A DNA stretch of 63,262 bases, filler included, from Hyphochytrium catenoides (lineage: Eukaryota > Protista > Hyphochytriomycota): the NCBI GenBank assembly GCA_900088475.1. It is 4 parts of 4 records of this genome, joined end to end, with 100 filler letters (N's around TTAATTAATTAA, not from the genome) between each part and the next. Parts side by side here need not be neighbours in the genome. Positions count along the whole stretch, not along the records: positions 1 to 14,551 come from FLMG01002870.1; 3 more parts are not named here. One strand, 5' to 3'. Both the position numbers and the translations under genes were made by a program. Shown here in pieces: positions 1-12,110 of this stretch (within the stretch, counting starts at the first letter, position 1; every line of letters begins with the position of its first letter). The notes below the pieces were generated by a model. That model was not told where the DNA came from. It saw only the letters and a list, made by a program, of their open reading frames with translations, and did not search any database.

Positions 1-1073
1 CTCAGTAATAATGAATAAGAAGTTGGGCAGATCTAGATCTGCAACGGCCATCCAACAGCAGAGCAAGATTGTGGCCTTCTTGTTTATCTGCCTCTTTGAT
101 GCTGTAACTTTTTGTCGGTCTCATAAAATCACATTTACTTTGTGTAACGCAGCATTTCTTTTATCTAGTATTGAGTCTCTCCTTATAATTCCCTATTTAC
201 AGAGGTAGTGGCACACTCTGTCTCTCCTCCGTTTCACAGCTCCGAATTTTCTTGTAGAAACGACAATAAAACTGGTCTGTGGGATGATGACGCCGCGGCC
301 CCACTCTCAGGCTCTTCACTGTGAAGGCAAAAAAGAACCAGATGGAATGGAGCCTCTTCCATCACTTGCCTTCCATTTCTATTCTTAGCCACAGTTGGGG
401 CACTGGAGTTAGAATTAGGCACACATTCTGTTCTAAACCTAAACATGCCATACTCCGCTAATGGTGTGATTACAATAGAGCTGAAGGCTGATGTAATAGG
501 TAAGGCCTTGCGGAGTTCTGAGGTTAGGCTGTGGGTGGGTTACGTCATCTGCCTAGAAATTGTATAGGACAAAACGTACTGAACACATTCTTAAAAAAGG
601 GCAGACAGAGTTTCTAACTGTCAGAGACAGAGCCTCTTGAGATGTCATTTCATTACGGTTTAGATTAGAGCTCATGAGACAGAGCGCTTAGATCTAGAGC
701 AGAGCGGTGAAGAGAGAGAATCTTGGGATAGTTCGGGTGTTTGTCTCACTGTTCTACTTGATGGTTGATCTACCAAGAGAGGGAGAGGAGAGAAGAAAAA
801 GGAGGGGAGGAGAGGAAAGAAGAGAGNNNNNNNNNNNNNNNNNNNNNNNNNNNNNNNNNNNNNNNNNNNNNNNNNNNNNNNNNNNNNNNNNNNNNNNNNN
901 NNNNNNNNNNNNNNNNNNNNNNNNNNAGCCGTTTGCGAGCCGGTTGAGATGATGACGCAGGAGAGAAGGCGTGACGAGGCTGTGAGGCAGCGGCGCTGGT
1001 CGAATCGTTACGCCTCACTCTGTTCCCTTTACATCCCTTGTCCCCACATTTGGCCGCAGCACTTCTTGCCTAC

Positions 1074-1110
<37 letters not shown>

Positions 1111-1584
1111 CTTCTCTCTCTCTCTGTGTCTCTGTCTCTCTCTCCACATGTGTCTCTTGTCCCAAACCCTCCACACCATCTTACCTCCTGCTCTCCTCTG
1201 TTCCAACAGTCTCCTTCCCATCCGTTGTTCTTCGTCTGTCTTCTGTCTCCTACCATTGTGCCCCCTGCGTCAAGAGTCAATCTTGTCATCCAAGAGACTG
1301 CTCTTCTGACTGATCAGGCAAAAGTTTTTTCCTATAAGATCAATGCGCCTCTCCCCCTCTTTCTCTCTCCGTCTCTCGCATTTCCGTCATTGTCCGAGTT
1401 TCCTCCCACACCATTGACCCTGAGAAGCGTTATCGCGCAACAAAGGGATAGACCGCGACAGAAAGTGAGCTATTTTCAGCTGCTAGAGTCTCTCTCCTCT
1501 TCAATCACTTTCCAACATAAGCACAGAAGATCAATAGAAAGACAGCTAGGACCAGGAAGTTCAACTCTGGACTTCGCGGGCAGC

Positions 1585-2112
1585 ATGGCAGAGATCGAGC
1601 TTGTCCGCTTCAACCTCGACAACCACTTCGTGGCTTACTGTCTTAGAGATGGGACCATCGTGCAAGTCAGCGCAGCAGCTTGCGAAGCTTTCTCTGTCTC
1701 GGACGCGCTGCACCTTGTAGGGCAGAAAGTGCAGATTTTTCTACGAAGAGAAGATGTTCATACGTTCATGGCATACCGACAGCCCTGTCTTCTGAGAGCA
1801 AACCAGAGCAACTCTTTCTTATGGATGGAGCTCGAGCGAGTGCCTGTCACTCTCTCGCTTCTTCGTGCTATCAAGACCGTAGCCATGGGTCAGATCTTTT
1901 CTACCGCTGCAGATCATTTGGTTCTCATTGATGAAGAGGTAGATGATGACGATGAAGACTTCTATGATAGCGAGAGACCCTGTGCAGAGATCTATTTCAA
2001 CCGTTTGCTGCTGTCTAAAGGCTCTGCGCCTTATAAGTCAGAGCTCGACGGCCTGTGTGATAGTCTATCAGGGTTCCATGTCCAGCAAGCGGCGATGCAG
2101 AGGACAATTTGA
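1585..2112 (+). CDS. Intronless standalone PAS-domain protein (175 aa)
   Basis: ATG at 1585 lies within ORF 949-2112; the upstream part of that ORF is CT microsatellite. The N-terminus NHFVAYCLRDGTIVQVSAAACEAFSVSDALHLVGQKVQIFLRRED fits the PAS consensus (D-G-I..V.A.....L.G..V..F...ED). An acidic tract follows. Confidence 0.65.
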   Translation: MAEIELVRFNLDNHFVAYCLRDGTIVQVSAAACEAFSVSDALHLVGQKVQIFLRREDVHTFMAYRQPCLLRANQSNSFLWMELERVPVTLSLLRAIKTVAMGQIFSTAADHLVLIDEEVDDDDEDFYDSERPCAEIYFNRLLLSKGSAPYKSELDGLCDSLSGFHVQQAAMQRTI

Positions 2113-3858
2113 GGGCTTTTTATCTCGTGCTGACAAGCCTTTTCTCTTCACGCTGTACCTACGTTCCTTCATTATTTATTGGCCTGCCATCTGCCCAGGG
2201 ATAACCTTTATTAGATCTAGACAAGGAAATTCCCTTTTTGATGTCTTTTTATTTCATTTCTGTTTGCCTGCCTGTTTATAAGGAGATAGAAGGAGGGTAG
2301 AAGCCCTCCAATAACCTATAGACGTCAATAGACCTAGGAAGCCATCCACTCGACATCAATGACCTCCTCCTCTGTCTCTCTTCTCTCTCACTCGCGGACT
2401 CTTAACCTCTGGCTGCTGTTCTGCAAAGTGCCTTTCATAATGAGGAGGCCGCGGTACGTCGTGTGGCTCTCACCAGAGCGAGAGAGAGAGAGAAGAACTT
2501 ACCAGCACCAGCCGCGGCTCATAGTTTGATACTTCTCCCTTAACCCGTCAGCTTGCTTCGTCTGAATTTTTTGCTCTCCTTAGTACTCGGCGAGCCAAGG
2601 CTGAGAGTGGAGCAGTTGGGAAGGAAGAAGTAAGCGAAGCACTTGACAAGCTAACGTCACCCTTAGAGAAGGTGAACCTCATAATAAAGAGAGGAAAAAA
2701 GATGGCGTTCTGCTTCATCCAGCATCTTGTGTGGCACTATCACTGCTCAGTCTCAATCTTGCAGCTAAAGAGATCGCAGCTGTGGCAATCCAAGAATGAG
2801 GCTCCGCCGGACATGGAGAGAGAAAGCGCGCAAAAGGGATGGTGGAGAGGAAAGAAGGCGAAGGAAGATGTCTGGCACTGCGACGACTAATCTACAAGGA
2901 GAGACGGTGAAAGAGCAGGAGATGAGGGTGAAGGGCGCTTCCACAACAGAGCTGGTGGGAAAAAAAGACGAGAGTGAGATATGTGCGTTGCCATTCGGCC
3001 CGCCTGGAGACAGGGACAAACGTTATATTGATAAACAGAAGAGGTGGGAACTCTTAGGAATAGACGCAGGGACTGCAGGTGCCTCCCACCAACACGTTTT
3101 GGTCGCTCGCCTTCTACTTCTCTTCTCTCACGCGGGCAGAATAGATGCCGAAGGATGAGGTCAAGTAAAGTCCGTCCTGCACTGAGAGAGACTACTCGCA
3201 GAGAAGTCACTCGTATGTTCCAACTTAACAAATTTTACCGCCTGCCTCTAGGCCTCGTAGCCAGAGAGGGAAGAGAATGTGAGGACCAAAGAGAAAAACC
3301 GTCTCAAAGAAGCGCACACTGAAGAGGGGCACAACGGCCCCTCTCCAGGTGCACTCATCATCAGCTAATCCACGGGGTCACAGAGGGAAGGACGATGCCT
3401 ATGTTCAAGATGATGGGGAGAGAGGAGAAGAGAGGGACAAAGAGAAGAGAGAAAGTGCCGCCAAGATTGTGAGAATTGTCCCCTGGCCAGAGAGCATGCT
3501 GTCCGAGAGAAGGCAAAGACCGACGAGACCCATGTTTGTTTCCTGCTTAGCTCTTTAGACAGAAATTGAATGGAAGTAAGAGGGAAGACTTTGGGACCTT
3601 CTTCACCTGCATACGTTGGGCATAATATGGAGACGAGAAGAGAGAGAGAGTCTTGAAGAAATTGTATTAACTGCCTCACGGGCTTTGCAGGGAGAGAGAG
3701 AGACAGCGAGAGAGAGAGCTCCTGGGAGAAGAGCGCTTGAGGCGTTGGGCCCTTTTTCACTTTTCCGGAGACATCTCTTTCTCTACGCCCTTCTTCCCTC
3801 GCCGTTTACGTCTTTTGCTGGCCAATGTTAAAGAGTCCTTTGAGGGAGAACGGGTGGA

Positions 3859-6800
3859 CTAGCCCCTTCGATAGTACCCTTGATCCCTTGAAGAGACGGG
3901 ACCTTCGTCTCTTCCTCTCTCTCTCCTAGATGAGTCTCTTCCCTTTCCGATGTCAGGTTGAGACCCAGACGTCATCCAAGCTGGCAGGACAGAGCCACGA
4001 CCCCGGCCAGCAGGTGGCCGTGGAGGTTGACCCATCTGGGNNNNNNNNNNNNNNNNNNNNNNNNNNNNNNNNNNNNNNNNNNNNNNNNNNNNNNNNNNCG
4101 GAAGCAACGGGGTCAGGTGGAAGGTTCAAGAGCTGAAGCCAAACGTACCTGGTTAGGAGGCATTGGCCTTGGAATGCCTCGACTTGGTGGCTCGTCTGGC
4201 AGGAGCTCATACCTTTTACCCTGCTCAACGTAACATTGAGAGGCCAGGTGACCTTGTCCACGACACTGTCAAGGACGAATTGAGAGGGAGGTGTAAGGGG
4301 AGCTCAATCTGTCTGCTAGTAGATGAGAGAGGGCAAGGTAATGCCGATAGAAGAGAGCGCCACTAGAGGGCATAGAAAGCTTAGATACCGGATAAGTGAC
4401 CTGTGGAAAGTGATATATGGACAGCTAAACAGTGATGAGGAAAAGTACAAGCCATTGTACAACCTTCGTGCATACTGCGCCCTTGTAGGGATCATTGCCG
4501 CCCATGATCCTACTGGCCGCACGCTGTTCCAGCCTTCGGACCTGTTGCATCAGCCGGAAGAATCGCGCATAGGGGAACAGAGAAGAGAGAGAGAGAGAGA
4601 AGAAGAAATGGCCCACGCGGCGACAAGGGTAAATAGTGAGAAAGGGAGAGAGCGATGCGAGGTAAGACCACAAGCTTCACATGCTACGGACCAGGAGAGC
4701 GCTTACCTCTGCGTCTACCTCCACATGAGTGGGATCTAAGTCTTGGCCGTCCATCTGGCTCACATGCTGCGTTTGAAAGAAGCCAGAGAGTTGTAAGCTT
4801 TCTACAGAGTTTGGAAGAGAGATTGGAGGAGAGAGCACGGTGCAGTCATAAGAGGACCTAGCGAAAGCCTGTCTTTTACCTTATACGAGAGAGAGACCTT
4901 GACTTCTCCCCTGTCTCTCTCTATCTTGATAACCTTGACATACACCATATCTCCCAGCTTCACTACGGGATCAGGAGTGTTGATCCTTCCCTCCTTAAGA
5001 AATTGCGTTATGTGAATCAACCCATGGCGGCGGTAGCCCGGTATCTGTGACGTGCGTGATTGTAAGAGAGAGAGTTTTAGTTGAAATAAGAGAGAGAGAG
5101 TTACAAGCCGAAGGTCTAGGAGGTAAAGACAGGGTCTGAGGAGCAGGGATGAAGATAAGAGAGAACGTCAGAGCAAGGCGAAGAGGAGAGAAGTCAGGAG
5201 CTTACCTCCACAAAAGCTCCATAGGACTGGATACTGACAACCTTTCCTCTGTGTATCGTGTAGAGCTCGGGATGAATGGCCTCTGCGTGGCGACAAAGCA
5301 TTAGCTGTATAGTCAGCTGTGGGGATAAAGGATGACATAGCGGCAAAGAGAGCAAGGCAAAAGACGAACCTATCGAAAGGCTGCAGCGTAGGAAGAGGAG
5401 ACAGACACACACACACACAACGGCTAGGAAGGGGAAAGGGAGCCCCTATGGAAGGGTGTGAAAGGCTAAACCTTGCTGTCAAAAAGCATGAGACAGGAAG
5501 TGATCTTCGTCTCTGCACCTACCGACAGTCCGCGCTGACGGGCCGTGAGGAGGAGACCGGGAACGCGCCGGAGAAGGAGGCCCTCGCCTGGATGGCTGGC
5601 CGCGAGGAGGAGATGCCCCACGCGATGAAGAAGAATAACGCGGTGGAGAGCGGCCGCGAGCAGGAGAGGCTGGTGGTCTCCGTCTTTCCTCTCGAGGCGG
5701 AGACCGCCTCCTTCTCTCTTCTCTAGGAGGTGACGGTCCTCGTCGTTTCCCTTCTACAATGGGTGATGGCTCCTTTCTTCTTTCGTCTCTAGAGAGCGAA
5801 CGGCCCCTTCTCCTCTCTTCTCTTGGAGGAGAAAGAAGGCCTCGCTTCTCTTCTCTAGGAGGAGAAGCCGGTCTTCTCCGCTCCTCCCTATACGGAGAGT
5901 ATCCTCTGGTCCTCTCTTCTCTAGACTGAGGAAGATCGCTTCGCCTTCTTTCGTCTCTTGCAAGTGGAGAAGGTGGTCTCCTCCTTTCTTCCCTCATAGG
6001 CGGAGAGCGGCCACTTCTTCTGATGTCTCTTGAGGGAGGAGGTAGAGGTGATGGAGGCCTTCGCCTTTCCTCTCTGGGAGGCGAATAGGGCCTTCTTCTC
6101 TCCTCTCGAGGAGGAGAAGAGGCCCTTCTCCTCTCCTCTCTTGGAGGAGACGCAGCCCTCTTTCTCTCTTCCCTAGTAGGTGAAGGTCCTCTTCTTCTCT
6201 CCTTCGTCGGCGGAGAACGGCTCCTTCTCCTCTCTCTAGGCTCTGAACGACGCTTTCTCTCCTCATCACGTCGAGGCGACAGAGAGCGCCGCGTTCTCTC
6301 TTCTCTAGGTCCGGACCGACTGCGTCTACGCTTCTCTTGTCGCACAGTAGGAGAGCCAGGGCTCCTCCTGCTTCTCTCTTCATCACGAGCAAGAGCTGAC
6401 GGAGCTCGAGTATCCCGCTGAGAATCACTACGGGCTCTTCCCTCTTCAAATCTCTCTTCAGGCATTGGAGAAGTAGATCTTCTCTTCTCAGGTAAAGGCG
6501 ATGAGGGATCGCCTTCTAGGTCCTCCATGGGAGGAGACGGACTGGTCATACTATCGTCAATAGCCGCAAAGCGCGGAGGAGTGCTGCTGCCTCTTCTCGC
6601 CATATCTCCGTTGTTGGTTTGTTCTCTTCGACCCTCTCTCCTCATCGAGCCACTTCTGCTCCTTTCGCGGTCATTGCGAGAGCGAGAGTCTCTCCCATCG
6701 CGATAAGCAGCGCTGCTCGAATCCTCCTCTGCTGGGTAGTCCCAATCTCTGCCACTTTCTCTCGTTGTCTCTGTCCGTCTTTCCTCTCTTCTCTCCTCAC

Positions 6801-6950
6801 GCCTGGGAGATCTATCGCGGGAGTCACGGCGATCACGAGGCTTCGTTGACTCACGCGCTGCCTCTCTGNNNNNNNNNNNNNNNNNNNNNNNNNNNNNNNN
6901 NNNNNNNNTTAGGCTGGTCTAGCAGTTGCTCCTGCAAATCGTTTGCCTCC
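3859..6950 (-). CDS. ZCCHC17: ZCCHC17/pNO40-like S1 RNA-binding + CCHC zinc-knuckle protein with long RS/RP-repeat N-terminus (multi-exon; 5' end uncertain, spans gaps)
   Basis: Spliced exons give an S1 domain (PELYTIHRGKVVSIQSYGAFVE/IPGYRRHGLIHITQF...VKLGDMVYVKVIKI), a knuckle CTK/CRGQGHLASQC (CX2CX4HX4C) and GRGRGSVLPAWMT, with the stop at 3859. The large upstream exon (about 5524 to at least 6868) joins in frame through a GT-AG intron. Confidence 0.75.
5650..6400 (-). repeat. Coding minisatellite, ~33-bp unit (SPPREERRRxx)
   Basis: Repeated SPPREERRR-like peptides in ORF 5479-6645. Confidence 0.8.
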
Positions 6951-7589
6951 TCTGACTGCACGTATAAGCTTTTGAAAAAAGGAAGTGGTGGCTGTTCTCG
7001 TCTCTTTCCCTTAGACTCTTCGTCTGTCCATCCGCTCCTTTGCCCGAACTCTTTCAAAAGGCTCAGAACTCAGAACGAGTCCTTCAAGAGCGTTGGTTTG
7101 ACCCTCTCCTGCGAGCTCTGAAAGCTTTTTTTACGAGCTCTGAAGCTTCAGAGGCCAGATGAAGATGAAGATCCTGACGGTCGAGCGGCACTCGGGCGCG
7201 AAAAGCACTTCTTCTCTTCAACACCATAGATTCTGTGATCTATGGACCTCTCCGAGGACATAGAAAGAGAGTGTGAGTGAGGCTAAGCCTTTGTTTTAAT
7301 ATAGGACCACAGTAAACCCACTATCTTTGCTGATTGTGGAGGGCACCAGGAATGTTAACTATGGGTTATTTTCCTCACATCGTCAAGCTTAGGCAAGGCA
7401 GGACGATTGAGCTCTCCTCGAGGGTTTAGGGCTGTCGAAGAAAGAAAGTGATCGTTGCTGAGCGCTAGAGGAGCAGTCTCAGAGACAAACTTTTGCTTTG
7501 CTTTGCAAGATGAGAAGAAGTGATATGATGCATTAATGAAGGGCTTCTTGAGCTCATCGTGGAGCTAAGTTGAAGCTTCTGGGTGGTAG

Positions 7590-8030
7590 AGAGAGCAGCT
7601 TTAGCTCGATGGTCTTCAAAGGCACGAGCTGGGAGAGATATGGTAAGGAGATCAGGGATCATGGTCTTGGTTGGGCAATGAATGATGGAGTTCTCTCCGC
7701 TCTCTTTGCGCTCTCGAACAAAGTGATGGCGGACAGCGAGTGTTTCGTCAGGAGCTGGGAAAGATTAGGCAAGGAGAATCAGCAATCATGATCTTGGTTG
7801 GGCAATGAATAATGGAGATCTCTCCGCTCTCTTGTCGCTCTCTAAAAAAGTGATGGCGGATAGCGATGAGTTTCGTCCTTTGATGAAAGACAGGGTTCTT
7901 CACCAAGTCGATAGCGCCGCGATTGTCCTCCATAAGAGTCGTCGTAGAGCGTTGCTCAAAGCCTAGGTCAGACAGAAGTTGACGGAGCCAAATAGCTTCC
8001 GGTACTGCAGTCGCAGCAGACATGTTTTCA
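7590..8030 (-). mobile_element. Ty1/copia retrotransposon RNase H relic with internal tandem duplication
   Basis: EAIWLRQLLSDLG...EDNRGAIDLVKNPVFHQRTKLIAIRHHFFRE...IIHCPTKIMIAD is the classic copia RNase H. The segment ~7650-7745 duplicates ~7770-7870 and continues MIPDLLTISLP..AFEDHR, the pol C-terminus. Confidence 0.85.
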
Positions 8031-9538
8031 GCTTCAGGAGGAGTATCAGTGACTGGAGTTCGACGTGGCTGACAAATTCTTCCCAACAACGCATCGAGTG
8101 ATCAATGAAAAGGGAAAGTCTTCGTTCTATATCGTCCTCATATGCACCAAGTCATCACACAGAGATAGATAGTCCTCCACCGTGTAGCACGGTGACAAGG
8201 AGTTGAGAAATGACAGCTGCCATCTCTTGCGCTATAGCTGAGCACTTGAATGCGTCGTCTTTCAGAAGACAGCGAAGCGGATAACCCGACACCCACTTCT
8301 CCATCTCCACGACGGTAGTTGGGCTCGGGAAGTTACCGTGAGCAACATAATAGAATGCTCAGCCCCGCATAAGTGTGAGCAGAAATAGCTATAGCTATAT
8401 GATATTAGCAAGGTATCTGCTGGAGAAAGAGATGCGAGAGGCTAGAGCTACCCAAGCTACGTCGCGGTCTCTCTCTGTCTCTCTCTCTGCTCTCTCTCTC
8501 TCTCTTTCCTCTCTCCCTTCCTTCTCTCTCTTTCTACCTCTCACACAGCCATGTAGGCCTGGTTTGGTACAAGAAAAACTAGCTAAAGCAAAGCGAAGTA
8601 CCAAAGAAAAAGAGACCTAGAGGTGAAGAGGAAGAACGAAGAGGGTAAGCAAACCTTCATCCTCCTTTGAGCGCCACCGAAGGGTAGCTAGAGGGTAAGA
8701 GATAGAAAGCCCCCACCGCTCAGGAGGGTGAAGCAGCTATGGTAGCATCGCTAGGAGCTATAGTAGAGTGAATAAAGAAAGGGAGAGGCTATCTAAGAGA
8801 GGAGGCAAGGGTATGGTGGGGCTTAGCGGAAGGTCTGAGATTGTTAGGGGCCCCTACTACGGCTTTCTCTCCTCATGCCTTGTAGCCGAGGTATTGCCGG
8901 CGGCGGCTGCGGTCTGTGAATGAAGTCGAAGGAGACGATGGCCGTCGTCAATAGTAGAGCACGGCTCCTCCAGACTGCAGACGAAGATCATCGCTTGGTA
9001 AAGTATGGTATCTAGAGTTTTTTAACTAAAAATTCCTGTAAGCCCATGCTTTGAACTGGCAGGAAGACAACTCTCAGACAATCATAGCGCTGATCTTGCG
9101 GCGCGTCTGAGACGAATTGAAGCTGTGCGGAGACGAAAGGAGTTTGTAGTACCGGATATTATTTAACCCAGTATCCGAATATATGAAGGGTTTTGGAATG
9201 GGTAATCATTACTATTGTTCTGACAAAACCGAGTTTAGAACGTCACCCCAATAATGCCCTTATGTTGGTCTCACCTTTACGAGGATACCAGTCACAGTCC
9301 CAAAATTAATATTGACTGATTAAAAGTGTGCCACCGGGTGAAGCCATGCGCTCTTTTGTTGGGCTGTAGGATGGACGAAGCTCTGTTATTGAGCATCTGC
9401 TGAGAGCCACAGGGATGTTGATAACAGAGTCAAGGGGCTCATAGAACAGTCAACTGAGGGCTTTATACTTGGAAGAAGCTTCGGCATAGTCCACTTGCCT
9501 AGGTGGTCGTGAGCTATAGCGGACAACACAACCCAACC

Positions 9539-10084
9539 ATGGAGGTGATCAAGGACACTGTGGATCAGCTGAAGCGGCTGTGGAGCAACCGGAGGCAGTT
9601 GCTCATTCAAACGCTGAGCCTTGCTATGATCGTTACTACGGCACTGATGCTCTGGAACACGATGATGTTCTTCACCAAGAGTGAAAGTCCAGTCGTGGTG
9701 GTTTTAAGTGGAAGTATGGAACCAGCTTTTCAACGTGGAGACATCCTGTTCCTGACAAACGGAGACTCACCTCTTCAGGTCGGCGAGATCGTTGTGTACA
9801 AAGTTAAGGAAAGAGAAATCCCTATCGTCCATCGAATCCTGGAACTTCATGAAGATGAGGAAGGAGAGCTCAACATCCTGACTAAGGGTGATAACAATCT
9901 CTGGGATGACCGCAGCTTATATGCCGAAGGTCAGCGGTGGCTGAAACGCAGTGATATCGTCGGCCGCGCTGGCGCCTCTGTTCCCTATGTTGGCATGGCC
10001 ACAATCATCCTGAATGACTATCCAGCCCTAAAGGTCGTGCTGATCGGCATCATGGGTATCCTGGTGCTTGTAACCAACGAATAA
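9539..10084 (+). CDS. SEC11: Signal peptidase complex catalytic subunit SEC11 (intronless)
   Basis: SESPVVVVLSGSMEPAFQRGDILFL, IPIVHR, LTKGDNN..DDR and PYVGM motifs; ATG at 9539. Confidence 0.96.
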   Translation: MEVIKDTVDQLKRLWSNRRQLLIQTLSLAMIVTTALMLWNTMMFFTKSESPVVVVLSGSMEPAFQRGDILFLTNGDSPLQVGEIVVYKVKEREIPIVHRILELHEDEEGELNILTKGDNNLWDDRSLYAEGQRWLKRSDIVGRAGASVPYVGMATIILNDYPALKVVLIGIMGILVLVTNE

Positions 10085-10160
10085 CCTTTAGAGTCAAAGA
10101 TAGAAGGCAGCTAGCTGCATCAGCTCAATAGACACTGGTAGAAGGGAACAAGCTTACTAG

Positions 10161-10208
10161 AGATGTTGAGAACAGACAAAGATGTTGAGAACAGACAAAG
10201 ATGATGAG
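10161..10208 (+). repeat. 19-bp tandem repeat (AGATGTTGAGAACAGACAA x2.5) in the SEC11 3' region
   Basis: Seen directly in the sequence. Confidence 0.8.
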
Positions 10209-11089
10209 ACCAAGGAGGAGACATATGGACAAGGTCGCTATATAGTCGCATGTTTGTTAGAGGTACCGCTAGTGGTGGTGAGGATGTCAGAGGGGACTAG
10301 GTTCCGCTCTATAAATATATTTTGACGGTCATGAGAGAGTCTCCAGGGCAAATGGAGAGAATGTGTTCCACTAGACAGGCTTCGCCTGAGCTTCCGCTCT
10401 ACACGAGGTTTAGAGGCAAGGTCTCTCTCTCTCTCTTCACAAGGATGCTGGTATGGAATGTGTATTCTCTGTCTCTTCCTTTTCTATGTCTTCATTGTTG
10501 ACAGCCGTCCATTCACTGTCGAAGGCTAAACCATAGTGTCGTGGTATCCATCGTGTGCCCACCACGGTTTCTCATGTCCAGCGATGCGATCTTGAGACTA
10601 GAGGTATATCTCCTTTAAAGGCATCGCTTGCCTCCACGCACTAATATCTTGGCACTGCACTAAAGCGTGAGGCATCGTGGCAGGCTACCTAAAGGAGCGA
10701 TCCACTCTTGTTCGGACTTTGTGAAAGTACTCTCGTTGAAGCGCCATTCTCCTGTATTCCTACGTCCCTTTTGTACGCCCAATGCCCGCGAGAGTCGATA
10801 AAGGCAATGCCAGGGTTTGAGGCAAGACGAACAAAAAGAAAGAGACCTTTACTTGCTGAGATGCGTCTTTTGTACGCCGAATGCCCTCGGGAACCAAGAA
10901 CGTAGAGGGAGTACAAAGATCTCTTGTTTCGAGCAGTCCAAACGAAGTGAGAGGCGTGATATGGTAAGAGCTGCTGATGGAGAGACAGACAGAGGCCAAA
11001 GATAAAAACAAACGCAGAACAAGGGGAGGAGATACTGCGCAAGGGGGAGAGAAAGAGAGATCTTGAGGTGGGAGTGGGAAAGAGGCTTA

Positions 11090-12110
11090 TTTACATCTTA
11101 GTTTACAAAGGAAAATGTCCGACTATGATCGCCGAAAGGGAGTAGGCGTCACAATAAACTGCCTGCTCTGCCTACAACGAGACTGCTTCTTCTGTACGCT
11201 GTACGTGCCATGATCTTCTCTCCCTAGTGGTCCATGCAGTGGTTCTGCTGCTACGAAGGATGCTCTCAGCCGCCGCTGATTGGGACCGGAAGAGATAGCT
11301 GGTTGGATCAACGAACTCAATAATGATCGTTGAAGGTCTCGGCTAGCGTTTCTCCCTGGCCTATCTTCCTGCTGGACGTTCAAAACCTCAACCAGTTGCA
11401 GCAGCTCTAGAAGCTCGAGGAGCTCCAGGACTTGGACCTGTAACTGCAGAAGTTGAAGGCGCTGAAGAAGCTGCCCCGGGGTAGCTGTGTTGGTATCGAT
11501 CGTCTGCAAGGTAGAAGAACTGAATTGCAGCAGCTGCAGAAGTTGGGATATGTGTCCTGTCTCGACCATGCTGCCTCTCCAGTAAGAGCACCGTCGAAGA
11601 GGATCAAGATCTAACCGCAATGGCCCTGGGCTGCGACCCAATTGACCAGTTAGAAAAGAGGACCTTAGCTGGTGTCAGAGACCACCAAGGGAGGTGCAAA
11701 TACTTCGGCGGAAGGACTTGTACAGCCGTTTTACTGATTTTATGACTGTCGGCCCTCTAGTGCTGCCCTGCAAGTGTCAATGGATCCGATCCTTTGATGG
11801 AGCATCGGCGTCTAGCTGCCCGCACTCGTGTTCTCTATCGTCCTTCCCCTCGTATGGCGCCACGCTAACTCCTCCGCTGCTTGCGTTGATGTCCCGTTGC
11901 CTAGTAATGTCTCTTTGTGCTTCTTCCTCTCTGTCAGGCGCTCAGAATCTCCTTGAAGGCTTCATCCTCTCGGTCCATCATCATCATTATCAACTCATCT
12001 TCATCATCGTCCGTGAGTCCTCCGCCAGCGCCGCAGCGTCTTGTCTTCCTTGTTCCAAAAACAGATTCTCATCCTGTTTTCCCTCTTCCCCTTTGGCCCA
12101 TCATTGTTAG
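11090..12110 (-). mobile_element. Possible degenerate piggyBac-like transposase remnant
   Basis: Acidic N-terminal tract, an LGG..HQLRSS-like segment, and a decayed C-terminal H...KKQSRC...IFLCKLRC resembling the piggyBac Cys-rich domain. Contains stops and frameshifts; no TIR or TTAA identified. Confidence 0.3.

Noticed and set aside
949-1584. N-terminal 212 aa of the 387-aa ORF
   Set aside because: Translated CT microsatellite and leader sequence; the real start is likely 1585.
9007-9018. TGGTATCTAGAG resembling a tRNA-iMet primer-binding site
   Set aside because: Imperfect, opposite in orientation to the copia RNase H fragment, and no LTR pair found.
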